This document shows, in pieces, positions 20,843 to 30,273 of a stretch of 64,000 nt of DNA. The notes beneath the pieces are model-generated. The model did no database searches and was not told where the DNA came from. It saw nothing but the letters and a program-made list of their open reading frames with translations. The DNA lies in assembly GCA_947642635.1 (NCBI GenBank), contig CANRTI010000001.1, positions 75,252-139,251 on the forward strand, in the 5' to 3' direction. Both the position numbers and the translations under genes were made by a program. Source of the DNA: an uncultured Mycoplasma sp. GTDB lineage: Bacteria; Bacillota_I; Bacilli_A; RF39; UBA660. Each line of letters begins with the position of its first letter. The stretch's first letter is position 1.

Positions 20843-20911
20843 CTAATATACAACAGTCATTATAATTAAGACACCAACAATGGCTAATAAAAAGTTACTT
20901 CTTTTATTCAT
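20843..20911 (-). CDS. candidate 22-aa hydrophobic peptide (MNKRSNFLLAIVGVLIIMTVVY)
   Basis: Below the ORF-track cutoff and read by hand. AAAGGTAG sits 5 nt upstream of the ATG, and a TTGACA -35-like hexamer lies further upstream. Very short, so weak. Confidence 0.2.
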   Translation of the reverse strand: MNKRSNFLLAIVGVLIIMTVVY

Positions 20912-20980
20912 ACTTACTACCTTTAGATTAATTAAAATATGCAAATAACATCAATGTCAAATTAATATTTTTGCTATAAT

Positions 20981-21008
20981 TTGACAATATTAAGTTTTGC
21001 GTTATAAT
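20981..21008 (+). promoter_or_regulatory. near-consensus sigma-A promoter (TTGACA-N16-TATAAT) upstream of dinD
   Basis: TTGACA at 20981-20986 and TATAAT at 21003-21008, about 95 nt before the dinD ATG. Confidence 0.5.
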
Positions 21009-21103
21009 CAGAATAAAGAGTACTATTATTTAGCTAAATATTGGGGTTAAATTTAACTTTTAAGTTTTTACAAAAATATATAGTAAGGGAAGAAGGGAAA
21101 TTT

Positions 21104-21946
21104 ATGGAAAAAGAATTAGAAATTTACAAAGGAAAAACATTTGAAGATATTAAACATATCGATGAATTGACCCAAGAATATTGGTATGCTCGGGAACTTA
21201 TGAAAGTATTAGAATATAATAAATGGGAAAATTTTAAAAAAGTTATTGATAAAGCAAAAATAACTTGTAAAATAAGCGGGAATAATGTTTTAGAACACTT
21301 TCTTGATATCAGGAAAGTGTTAAACGTAGGAAATAATGCTAAAATGAAAGTTGAAGATTATAAGCTATCTCGTTATGCTTGTTATTTAATAGTACAAAAT
21401 GCTGATCCGCGTAAGAAAATTGTTTCTTTAGGTCAAACTTATTTTGCAATAAAAACTAGAAAAATGGAAATTACCGAGGAACAATTTTCGAATTTATCAG
21501 AAGATGAAAAAAGATTATATACAAGAATTAATGTTAGAAATAAAAATAGATATCTTTTTGATACCGCAAAAATTGCTGGTGTTATAAATTATGGAAAGTT
21601 TAATAATTGTGGTTATGAAGGTTTATATAATGGAGAAACTGCTAAACAAATAGCTAATAGAAAGAATATTGATGAAAAAGATGATATTTTAGATTACATG
21701 GGTAGCGAAGAATTAGGAGCAAATTTATTTAGAATAACGCAAACTGATGCGAAATTAAAAAGAGATAAAATAGATAATGAAGAAAATGCTTGTACAACAC
21801 ATTATAATGTCGGAAAAACTATTCGGAAAACAATTTCTGAATTAGGTGGTACTATGCCCGAAGACTTACCCACTCCCGAAAAATCGATTCAACAAATTGA
21901 AACTTCAGAATTAAAGAAATTAACAATAAATCAAAATAACTTTTAA
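21104..21946 (+). CDS. dinD: DNA damage-inducible protein D (DinD, Bro-N-like)
   Basis: EDIKHIDE..QEYWYARELMKVLEY..WENF..VI.KA and YKLSRYACYLIVQNADPRK match DinD. The start was moved to the ATG at 21104 (GGGAAGAAGGGA upstream) instead of the track's upstream start. Confidence 0.8.
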   Translation: MEKELEIYKGKTFEDIKHIDELTQEYWYARELMKVLEYNKWENFKKVIDKAKITCKISGNNVLEHFLDIRKVLNVGNNAKMKVEDYKLSRYACYLIVQNADPRKKIVSLGQTYFAIKTRKMEITEEQFSNLSEDEKRLYTRINVRNKNRYLFDTAKIAGVINYGKFNNCGYEGLYNGETAKQIANRKNIDEKDDILDYMGSEELGANLFRITQTDAKLKRDKIDNEENACTTHYNVGKTIRKTISELGGTMPEDLPTPEKSIQQIETSELKKLTINQNNF

Positions 21947-21980
21947 TAAAAGATATTTTATAGTATAATTATATTGGGTG

Positions 21981-22304
21981 ATGAATTTGAATACAGCACT
22001 TCAATATGTTGTTATAGCTATAGTCATATTAATAATTTTGGCAGTAGCTATTAAACTTAGTCGAAAAGATTTTGCTATTAAAGAAAATAAATTGATTGGC
22101 TATTTAGGTGGAAAAGACAATATTATTAATGCCGAATGTAATATGAGTCGTTTTAAAGTAATATTAAGAGATGTTAGTCTTGCTCAAAAAGAAGCAATTC
22201 AACGTCTAGGTGCTAAAGGAATTGTTGAAATTGATAATCAGTTAAAGATTATTTTTGATAAAAATTCCAAACAATTAAAAAAATATATTGACGAAATTGT
22301 TTAA
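21981..22304 (+). CDS. membrane-anchored PTS EIIB(Glc)-like domain protein
   Basis: N-terminal TM helix, then LGGKDNIINAECNMSRFKVILRD...GAKGIV, resembling the EIIB motif LGGkeNI..v.hC.TRLR. No EIIC/EIIA nearby. Confidence 0.55.
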   Translation: MNLNTALQYVVIAIVILIILAVAIKLSRKDFAIKENKLIGYLGGKDNIINAECNMSRFKVILRDVSLAQKEAIQRLGAKGIVEIDNQLKIIFDKNSKQLKKYIDEIV

Positions 22305-22942
22305 TATATTTTTTTTATGATTTTATAAATATCTTCTATATTATTAATCTTTAGTATATTTCCTTCTAAATTAAGGGAATAATTGGTTTCAGTAAAAGTA
22401 TAATTACAATTTGGAGCATTAGTTAGTAACCCTTGATAATTGGCATTTTCACAATAATAATTAGTACTTTTGAAATTAGCAAAATTTGTATCATAATTCA
22501 TTAATTCAATAATACTACCTACATAATTTTCATTAATCTCTTCTTTATAACTTTCAATATAATACTCATCTTCATAATTAATTATTTTTTTTAAATTCAT
22601 AAAATTAGCTAATTCTGTACTATTAATTAAGTCTTTAATAACCGAAAAATTTACAATTTTTTTGTAACGATTATAATCATTAATTGTATAAATACGAATA
22701 TCGCCACCAAATTCTTCTTCATAACCATAATTTTCACTATTTAAAAACTTAATGGTGTCAAAGAATAAAGTTTGGCCTTGTTCAACCATAAGATCATAAC
22801 TATATTTATTAAATATAACATCTACTTTGCGATCAATATTATTTAATGTCCGATTACGATAATCATTATATAAACAACATAAGCCAATTAATAAAACAAT
22901 TATAATAAATAATAATAATGTTCTAATATCTTCCCTTTTCAT
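22301..22942 (-). CDS. hypothetical N-terminally anchored protein
   Basis: 213-aa ORF with one N-terminal TM segment, rich in N and Y. No family recognised. Confidence 0.4.
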   Translation of the reverse strand: MKREDIRTLLLFIIIVLLIGLCCLYNDYRNRTLNNIDRKVDVIFNKYSYDLMVEQGQTLFFDTIKFLNSENYGYEEEFGGDIRIYTINDYNRYKKIVNFSVIKDLINSTELANFMNLKKIINYEDEYYIESYKEEINENYVGSIIELMNYDTNFANFKSTNYYCENANYQGLLTNAPNCNYTFTETNYSLNLEGNILKINNIEDIYKIIKKIY

Positions 22943-22995
22943 ACTATCACTAGAACAATAATATCAAAAATATCTTTAGGATTCAATTATCTAAG

Positions 22996-23292
22996 CTATA
23001 TTTTTTCAATATTGACAATATCCACAATTTTAATTAATTCCCCATCAATCGTTATTAAATTTGTACTAGTCTTACCAACAATTACTTTTTCAATTGTTTT
23101 ATCTTTAAGGGTAATTTTAACTAAACTTTTATAAACATGATTAGAAGCTGCAAAAATATTGTTTATTTTTTTAACAATACTTATACCATCATTACTAGGA
23201 TTTTTAATTAGTCTATCTTGACCATAAAATACATCTTGGGTATTATTAATATTTCCTATTTTGTTTGCAAATACTCGCGGTAAATCTTTCAT
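22996..23292 (-). CDS. hypothetical small protein
   Basis: 98-aa ORF divergent from the FtsW/RodA-family gene. No family recognised. Confidence 0.4.
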   Translation of the reverse strand: MKDLPRVFANKIGNINNTQDVFYGQDRLIKNPSNDGISIVKKINNIFAASNHVYKSLVKITLKDKTIEKVIVGKTSTNLITIDGELIKIVDIVNIEKI

Positions 23293-23348
23293 TTTTAATC
23301 ACCATTATATTTTATGATAAATAACTAATTTTGCACCATAATAATAAT

Positions 23349-24455
23349 ATGAAAATATTAAAAAATAAAAATTTACTTCTTTTTATACCTTTACTTATTT
23401 TAAACGGAATAAGTCTTTTAAATATGATTAACTCTAAATTAATTAGTCCTCTTTATGAAGATGTATTTTGGAAACAATTAATTTGGTTTATTTTAGGATA
23501 TGGAATAATTTGGGGCTTTCGAAAATTAAAATTTAAAAAAATATTTAATTATGCAAAATATTTTTATTGGTTTTCTTGTATCTTGCTTCTATTAGTTTTA
23601 TTTATTGGAAAAGATATTAATGGTGCCAAATGTTGGATAAATATTTATAATTTTTCATTTCAACCAAGTGAGATAACAAAATTAGCATTGGGTTTGTATT
23701 TAACTGATATTGCAACTTCCACAAAATTAAAAGGTTTTAAAGATGAAATTTTAATAATCACAAAATTGTTTTTAATAACTTTAATACCATCAATTTTAGT
23801 TTTTCTAGAACCAGATACTGGCGCAATTATTAATTTTTTAATTATTTTATTAGTTGTTTTAATATTTTTAAAACTAAATAAATGGTGGTATATTTTAGCG
23901 GGTATCTTATTTATTTTATTTATTTCTTTATTCCTAATTGGTTATTTTTTCTATCAAGATACATTAATTAAAATAATTGGAACTACTTTTTTCTACCGGA
24001 TGGATCGGTTAATTAACTTTGCAAATGGAACTGGCTATCAATTAGAAAATGCACTGATTACAATTGGTTCTGCTTCCTTTTTTGGCGAAGGAATTGGTAA
24101 AATACTTTTATATATTCCAGAAGCTCCAACAGATTTCTTCTTTGCTTTTTCTTGTGGTAATTATGGAATATTTAGTGGTATTTTAATTTTAGGATCTTTT
24201 TTAGTAATTGATATATATTTTTTTAAAACTATTAAGAAAATGAAACAACCAAAATATCAATTATTTACATATACTTATTTCTTTATATTTTTATTTCAAC
24301 AAACTTATAATATTGCCATGAATTTAGGATTAGTACCTATAATGGGTATTCCTTTAACTTTCTTATCATATGGTGGTACTAATACTTTAATTAATTATTT
24401 ATTTTTAGCTATTATTTTAAATTTTCAAAAATTAAAAAGTGTTGCTGATAGTTAA
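23349..24455 (+). CDS. FtsW/RodA/SpoVE-family (SEDS) peptidoglycan polymerase
   Basis: About 10 TM segments. FQPSE..K and PLTFLSYGGT signatures. The ATG at 23349 is preferred over the TTG at 23331. Confidence 0.85.
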   Translation: MKILKNKNLLLFIPLLILNGISLLNMINSKLISPLYEDVFWKQLIWFILGYGIIWGFRKLKFKKIFNYAKYFYWFSCILLLLVLFIGKDINGAKCWINIYNFSFQPSEITKLALGLYLTDIATSTKLKGFKDEILIITKLFLITLIPSILVFLEPDTGAIINFLIILLVVLIFLKLNKWWYILAGILFILFISLFLIGYFFYQDTLIKIIGTTFFYRMDRLINFANGTGYQLENALITIGSASFFGEGIGKILLYIPEAPTDFFFAFSCGNYGIFSGILILGSFLVIDIYFFKTIKKMKQPKYQLFTYTYFFIFLFQQTYNIAMNLGLVPIMGIPLTFLSYGGTNTLINYLFLAIILNFQKLKSVADS

Positions 24456-24586
24456 GTATTGATTTATATACGAGGAAGTTTGTTAGATAAAAAGTGATTA
24501 TCAGCAACACATTACTTTATTATAAAGATTTTAATTACTTTAGCAATACTTTCGACAAATCTTAGCAAATGTTTGCAAAATTCGCC
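24439..24586. repeat. unclassified intergenic element, copy A: 12-bp stem / 48-nt loop / 37-nt spacer / 39-nt conserved box
   Basis: GTGTTGCTGATA (24439-24450) pairs perfectly with TATCAGCAACAC (24499-24510). The box at 24548-24586 is 35/39 identical to 31856-31894. Confidence 0.7.
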
Positions 24587-26538
24587 TATTTTAGAACAAG
24601 ACTATAGTAATTATTCTCAATTATTTGTTTACTCATAGTTATTTTATTATTTACAATTTGATTAATCTTTTTAACATAATCATCTTCAACAACTACTTCC
24701 TTATTAGGAATAAATTTTCTTTTGGAAGCATAATAAGATCCTTTATCACTTACCCATGAACGATTACCAAAAATGGCAAGTCCTCCTTCAGTACTAAGAA
24801 TATCTTTACCAATAAATAGTCTTGAATCATATGAAATTCCAAATAAATTATAGATAGTTGGAATTACATCAAGTTGACTACCAACTTTTTGAACTTTAAC
24901 TGGTTCCATTTTATTATTCCATAAAATAAAATTACTTTTATTAACTGTTATTTCACTTTCTTTTTTATAGCTACTTATTTCATTTATTTCATCTATTGAT
25001 AATTCATAAGGGTAATGATCTCCTACTAGAGCAATTACAGTATTATCAAGAATTCCTTTTTCATCTAAGTAGTGAATTAATTTTTCTAAAGCTTTATCTA
25101 ATTCCATTTGGGCAGCTAAGTATGATGCTGGTCCTTCTGAATAACTAAATCCAGCATTATCATACTCTTCTTTATTATTTCTAGCTGATGCATTAGCTTT
25201 AAAATTATAACTTGCATGACCTGAAACAGAAGCATAAAACACCATAAAATTTTCTGTATTAATATAATCATTAATTGTAGCATCAATCATGGCAACATCA
25301 CTTTGAGGCCACTCATTACAATTAATTAATTTTTCTAAGCCATTATAACATGCTTTAAAATTATCAAAACCAATACTTTTTAAATACTTATTACGATCTT
25401 GAAAAACATAAGAATTATTATGATAAGCAAAAGTTTGATATCCTATATTTTTATAAACATTTCCAATGCCTTGGGGAAATTTAATATCTCCAGAACGAAA
25501 TTTTGCTAATGTTGCTGTAGATTCAGCATAAAGTCCAGTTAATTCTTGAAATTCTCCTCCTATAGTGCTGTAAATAGTTGGTGTATAAAAATTTTCAAAC
25601 GAAAAACCATTATGAACTAATTTATATAATGTTGGAGTTAATTTTTCATTAACAGCAATATCATTAAAACTTTCAGCCATAAATAAAATTAAATTTTTTC
25701 CTTTAAACATTCCGGTATAGGCATTTTTTAAAGTACCTGTATCATTTTTAAAATATTCATGCATTTTTTTTATGGTACTATTACTAGTATTATTAATTAA
25801 ATTATCAAAGTCTATATCTAAATTATTATAAGTATAGGTTGGTTCTTCACTAGGATGTTTATTATCTTGATTTTGGGAATCGTTTAAGTTATTATCCAAA
25901 GTAATTTTTTCTTCAAAACCAAAAATAGCTCGTTTTAAATCAATGGTAAAAGTATTTATAACTCCAAAATTTTCCATATTAAGAGAGACATTATTAATTT
26001 TATAATATAATTCATAGGCAGAATACTCTTTTGAAGCTCCAATATTTAAACTTAATAAATAAAGAGCATAACTAATAAACGTTAAACCTAGAACAAAAAG
26101 ATGTTTTTTATTTTTACGTTTGTCAAATTCAATGTGTTTATGAAATAAAATAGTTACAATTATTGGAGCAAAAAATAAAATAATGATTGGTAATCTTTTT
26201 AAAGTTTCTATAATTCCTTTTCCAACAAAACTAGTTAATTGATCAGCAACTTTAAAAGTTGATAAAGATATATAGAAATCAAAATAACCTTTTACAACAT
26301 ATTCTGCACTAAACCAAAAAGCAATTAAGCCTATAATAACTAAATATACAATTTTATTGTATTTTATCTTGTTAAAAACACGAGATATTAAAGCACAAAA
26401 GAAACTAAATGTTATTAAAAAGAATAACATATTAATTATTGATAAACGAAATATGTGTTCAAATGTAAAAATTTTAAATATAAACTCCATGTATAAGAAA
26501 CTTAAAAAATATACTAAAAACAAACTAATCTTCTTCAT
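24586..26538 (-). CDS. ltaS: lipoteichoic acid synthase family protein (LtaS-type sulfatase-fold)
   Basis: Five N-terminal TM helices plus an extracellular sulfatase-like domain (LILFMAESF, GDHYPY). Confidence 0.85.
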   Translation of the reverse strand: MKKISLFLVYFLSFLYMEFIFKIFTFEHIFRLSIINMLFFLITFSFFCALISRVFNKIKYNKIVYLVIIGLIAFWFSAEYVVKGYFDFYISLSTFKVADQLTSFVGKGIIETLKRLPIIILFFAPIIVTILFHKHIEFDKRKNKKHLFVLGLTFISYALYLLSLNIGASKEYSAYELYYKINNVSLNMENFGVINTFTIDLKRAIFGFEEKITLDNNLNDSQNQDNKHPSEEPTYTYNNLDIDFDNLINNTSNSTIKKMHEYFKNDTGTLKNAYTGMFKGKNLILFMAESFNDIAVNEKLTPTLYKLVHNGFSFENFYTPTIYSTIGGEFQELTGLYAESTATLAKFRSGDIKFPQGIGNVYKNIGYQTFAYHNNSYVFQDRNKYLKSIGFDNFKACYNGLEKLINCNEWPQSDVAMIDATINDYINTENFMVFYASVSGHASYNFKANASARNNKEEYDNAGFSYSEGPASYLAAQMELDKALEKLIHYLDEKGILDNTVIALVGDHYPYELSIDEINEISSYKKESEITVNKSNFILWNNKMEPVKVQKVGSQLDVIPTIYNLFGISYDSRLFIGKDILSTEGGLAIFGNRSWVSDKGSYYASKRKFIPNKEVVVEDDYVKKINQIVNNKITMSKQIIENNYYSLVLK

Positions 26539-26676
26539 AATTTCATTATACCACTTATCTTTTATTTAACATTAACTTTTCAATATTTTTTTATTAAATT
26601 TAACTTAATTATGTAAATATAAATGAAACATTAACTGTTTATTAACATTTCTTTTACTAATTTTTTTAAATAAAAC

Positions 26677-26708
26677 AAAAAGAAACAATTAGACCTTTGT
26701 TTCTTTTT
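26677..26708. terminator. symmetric (bidirectional-type) hairpin terminator
   Basis: AAAAAGAAACA / TGTTTCTTTTT stem with a 10-nt loop. Confidence 0.55.
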
Positions 26709-26755
26709 AGAATATTACTTTTCAAAATCGCCAGTAACAAGTACTTTAAGAGATC

Positions 26756-26799
26756 GAAAAAAATAAAATATGTACTAAGTAATACCTGTGTACATATTT
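26756..26799 (-). terminator. rho-independent terminator after the yihY-like gene
   Basis: 10-bp stem AAATATGTAC/GTACATATTT with a 14-nt loop, followed by a T-run on the minus strand. Confidence 0.6.
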
Positions 26800-26806
26800 T
26801 TATTAT

Positions 26807-27691
26807 TTACTCTTTTTCCACTTTTATAGTGCCAGTTTTTAACAAATTATTTTCATCTTTTTGACTATTTAGTGCTATTCCAACAGTGAAAATATAGGAT
26901 AAGAAATATATCCACATCATTAAAACAACAATACTAGCAAGACCACCATATAAAGCGGTGTAATCTGCATAATTAGTTACATAAGTAGAATAAACTTTAG
27001 TTCCAATTATCCAACAAACAGTTGTAAATATTGCGCCATAATTAGTTACTCTTCTTTTTTTTATTTTACGCTTATTGGGTGCTAAAACATAAATTAATTT
27101 AATGATAGCAAACATAATAAGCCAAGAAATTGGACCTTTTAGAAAATCAAAAACTGCTAAAATTCGATTTTCAACCGTGGCATTAATATTAACTTCCTCG
27201 ATTAAATGTACAATATTGTTACCAAAAACAGGAACAATTAACATAAATATTAAAAGACAAACAATTAAAAATGATAAAGAACATGCCTTGATTCTTCTTT
27301 TCACCCAAGCTTCATTTTCTAAACCATAAATTGCATTACTAGCTGTAATAATCGAATCTGCTCCATTGCTTGCAATATATAACCCAATTAGTAATGTTAT
27401 AAAGAAGTCAATTCCAACATGATCAACATAACTAACTCCTAAAATCATATTAGCAATATCTTCCGAAAAAGAGCTAGCCATAAAATTATGAAGAAAATCA
27501 ACCGATAAATTTAGAACACCAGCCCCGTAGGAAATTAAACTTAAGGAAGGAATAATAGCAAGAACAAAAAAGAAAGATAGATTACCTGGTAAGACAATCA
27601 TATCTGGTCTTCTTAAAACTTTAAAAAAATTATCAAAAAAGTCTTTAATTGTATTTTGCGCTTTTTTTACATTATTTTTCACTATGACCAC
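26807..27691 (-). CDS. YihY/BrkB family membrane protein
   Basis: 294 aa. N-terminal ...FFKVLRRPDM..LPGNLSFFFVLAIIPS and about 6 TM segments, typical of YihY. Confidence 0.75.
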   Translation of the reverse strand: MVIVKNNVKKAQNTIKDFFDNFFKVLRRPDMIVLPGNLSFFFVLAIIPSLSLISYGAGVLNLSVDFLHNFMASSFSEDIANMILGVSYVDHVGIDFFITLLIGLYIASNGADSIITASNAIYGLENEAWVKRRIKACSLSFLIVCLLIFMLIVPVFGNNIVHLIEEVNINATVENRILAVFDFLKGPISWLIMFAIIKLIYVLAPNKRKIKKRRVTNYGAIFTTVCWIIGTKVYSTYVTNYADYTALYGGLASIVVLMMWIYFLSYIFTVGIALNSQKDENNLLKTGTIKVEKE

Positions 27692-29687
27692 TCGCTTTTT
27701 TATTCTTCATATCTTGAGTTGCTTCATTAAGAGCATCTTCAATAGTTTTTAAATTGTTTTCAATAATGCTATAACCAAATTCAGCACCATAATTATAAGG
27801 CATTTTCTTTAATTCTTTATTTAACTTGTGAATATAGTTGATAATCTGTTTTTTACTATATCCTACTGTATAAATAACAAATTCATTACCATCACTACGC
27901 ATTAAATCACTATTATCAAGTTGAGTTTTAATTAAAGCATTCGCTGCTGCTTGAATTTGTTTATCCCCTTCACTAACACCATGTTTATCATTTATTTCTT
28001 TCAAACGATTTAAATCAACAACAATAATTGTTTGCGGATAAATTGTATTATTACTCCATGTTTTAATAAAATCACTTAGGTAAGCTCTGTTTTTTAAACA
28101 AGTAAGATCATCAATAAAACGAATTTTATCATCTTTTCTTATTCTTTTAGCAATTCTTATTCTCTTACTCTTTCGATAAACTAATAATCCTATTAAAAGA
28201 ATACCTATTATACTTAGAATTAAATAAATAGCAATATTATTTAATATTTGGCCTTTCGAAATAGTTTCTAAATGACTATTCATTCCTTTGTTAACTATTT
28301 CTAAATTATCTAAATAATTCATATAACGATCTAATAACAAATTTAAGGTTTTATATTCATTTTTAACTTTAAAACCATATTTATTATTAATTGTACCATT
28401 ATATTTACTAATATAATTATTTAATTTATTTTCACTAAGATAATTGTAAATATAAGTATCCATAACAATTATATTATTAGAATTATTAAGTTTAAATAAT
28501 TCTTTTAAATTTTTATAAGTTAAAATTTTTATATTACCAATACTTTTTAAAAAGGTTTCTAAATGACTATTTTCTAAAACATAAACTGTTTCACCTTGTA
28601 AACCATAAATAGAATTGAAACTCTTTGCATTTTCCCGATTGGTTATAATAGATAAACTTGCATTAATACCACTATTGGTACTAATAAATTTAGATTTTAT
28701 ATTTTCATCAAAGGCAAAATATAAATCTACATCTCCTCTATTAATAGCTCGTACTAATTTCTCAGTATTTTTGTATTTAGTAATATTAAAGTAAACGCCA
28801 GAAAATTCACTAAATTCTTGAAGATATTCAGCAACTATACCACCATAATTACCACTCATAATTACTTCATATGGTGAATTATTAATAAAGCCATAACGAT
28901 AATCAATACTTAATAACTTATCTTTATCACTTTCAGTAATATTTAAAGATTTTGTAAAAAGATCAAACTCATATTTCTTAATACTTTGAGGAATATTTTC
29001 TTGCCAAATATTAAAATATTTTCTTATTACATTACTAAATAAATCATCACCAACATTTAGAACATAATGCCTATTAATATCACTAAAATGATAAATTATT
29101 TCTAAATTGTTTGTAAGAATAGTATCTAAATAATAAACTCTAGGGATAATTATATAAGAAATTTGATTATTTAAGTCTTTGGTAAGTTCTTCAATATTAT
29201 CATATCCTTTATAGTTAATAGTTGTATTTTTTAAATAACTTTTTAAATAATCTAAATCTTTATTTAAAACACCAATTGTTTTATCTTTTAAATCATCATA
29301 ACTTTTTATAATTTCAAGATTTTTACTAACTAAAACATAATGATCGGTGTAAAAAACATTAGAATTAGTAGTAACTAAATCAATATTATTTAAATTAATT
29401 CCGTCAGGATTTGAATTTTCAAAAGTTACAACATTTATTTTTAAACCATATTCTGTTTCAAAATCTTCTAAAAAATCATAAAAGACTCCATTACCATCTT
29501 TACTAAATAAATTTTCGTCTTTGGCTACATAAATATTTTGAACATTATTGATATTACTATTAATCCAAGTTCTTTCTTCACTTGTCAACTTGTTTTCATC
29601 ACTTAAAATTTGAAAAATAATAAAGCTAATAATAATTAATAGTATTGCCCCAATGATTCCAGGTAATAACCATTTTTTCTTTTTCAT
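27672..29687 (-). CDS. membrane sensor with two extracytoplasmic solute-binding-like domains and a C-terminal GGDEF-type domain (non-canonical DGNEF site)
   Basis: DDLTCLKNRAYL, VVDLNRLKEINDKHG..EGD and RSDGNEFVIY align to the GGDEF fold. One TM at the N-terminus and one before the GGDEF domain. Confidence 0.75.
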   Translation of the reverse strand: MKKKKWLLPGIIGAILLIIISFIIFQILSDENKLTSEERTWINSNINNVQNIYVAKDENLFSKDGNGVFYDFLEDFETEYGLKINVVTFENSNPDGINLNNIDLVTTNSNVFYTDHYVLVSKNLEIIKSYDDLKDKTIGVLNKDLDYLKSYLKNTTINYKGYDNIEELTKDLNNQISYIIIPRVYYLDTILTNNLEIIYHFSDINRHYVLNVGDDLFSNVIRKYFNIWQENIPQSIKKYEFDLFTKSLNITESDKDKLLSIDYRYGFINNSPYEVIMSGNYGGIVAEYLQEFSEFSGVYFNITKYKNTEKLVRAINRGDVDLYFAFDENIKSKFISTNSGINASLSIITNRENAKSFNSIYGLQGETVYVLENSHLETFLKSIGNIKILTYKNLKELFKLNNSNNIIVMDTYIYNYLSENKLNNYISKYNGTINNKYGFKVKNEYKTLNLLLDRYMNYLDNLEIVNKGMNSHLETISKGQILNNIAIYLILSIIGILLIGLLVYRKSKRIRIAKRIRKDDKIRFIDDLTCLKNRAYLSDFIKTWSNNTIYPQTIIVVDLNRLKEINDKHGVSEGDKQIQAAANALIKTQLDNSDLMRSDGNEFVIYTVGYSKKQIINYIHKLNKELKKMPYNYGAEFGYSIIENNLKTIEDALNEATQDMKNKKASGHSEK

Positions 29688-29689
29688 GA

Positions 29690-30175
29690 TTATTCGTCAC
29701 TATCCTCAGGAATATTATAATTATTCCATACAACCATTCCACTACCATTTTTATTACGGGCTCCCATTAAAGTAAATTCTTTATTAGCAATGGTAAATTC
29801 AATATCATAATGATCTAATTCATCTTCATTAAATAATGGAATAATTGTTTCAGCAATTTTTTTCGCATCTTCTAATGTTGTATCGTCACTATAATTAATA
29901 CTTACATAAAGAATTTTACCTTTTAAAATATTTTCTACTTTTGTTACTTTTTCATTTTTTTCTAATTCACTTTTAATTTCATTTAATAATTTGTCATTTA
30001 AAGGTATATCTTTAATAGTGTCTAATCGATTACCATAAACACTGTCGCTAGAACCGTAAAAGTATGTTATTGCAACAATACCTACTATTAATAAACAAAC
30101 CGCTAAAATAATGGCAAGAACCATTAATACTTTGTTTTCTTCCCAAACTTTTTTTATTTTATTCATAAATTTCAC
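29690..30175 (-). CDS. hypothetical N-terminally anchored protein
   Basis: 161-aa ORF with one TM segment. Its stop lies 3 nt before the GGDEF gene start. Confidence 0.4.
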   Translation of the reverse strand: MKFMNKIKKVWEENKVLMVLAIILAVCLLIVGIVAITYFYGSSDSVYGNRLDTIKDIPLNDKLLNEIKSELEKNEKVTKVENILKGKILYVSINYSDDTTLEDAKKIAETIIPLFNEDELDHYDIEFTIANKEFTLMGARNKNGSGMVVWNNYNIPEDSDE

Positions 30176-30273
30176 ACCTCTTTGGCTAATAATATTATAC
30201 TATATTATAAATTTTATGGCAAACTGTAACCTTTTTTGTAAAAAAATGTCAATTTTACAAAAAATAGTAGTTA

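Noticed and set aside
26545-26553. Extended -10 (TGGTATAAT, minus strand) only 6 nt before the ltaS ATG, suggesting a leaderless mRNA.
   Set aside because: A TATAAT-like word is expected by chance in this composition. An alternative downstream Met exists. Nothing in the sequence alone can confirm a leaderless start.
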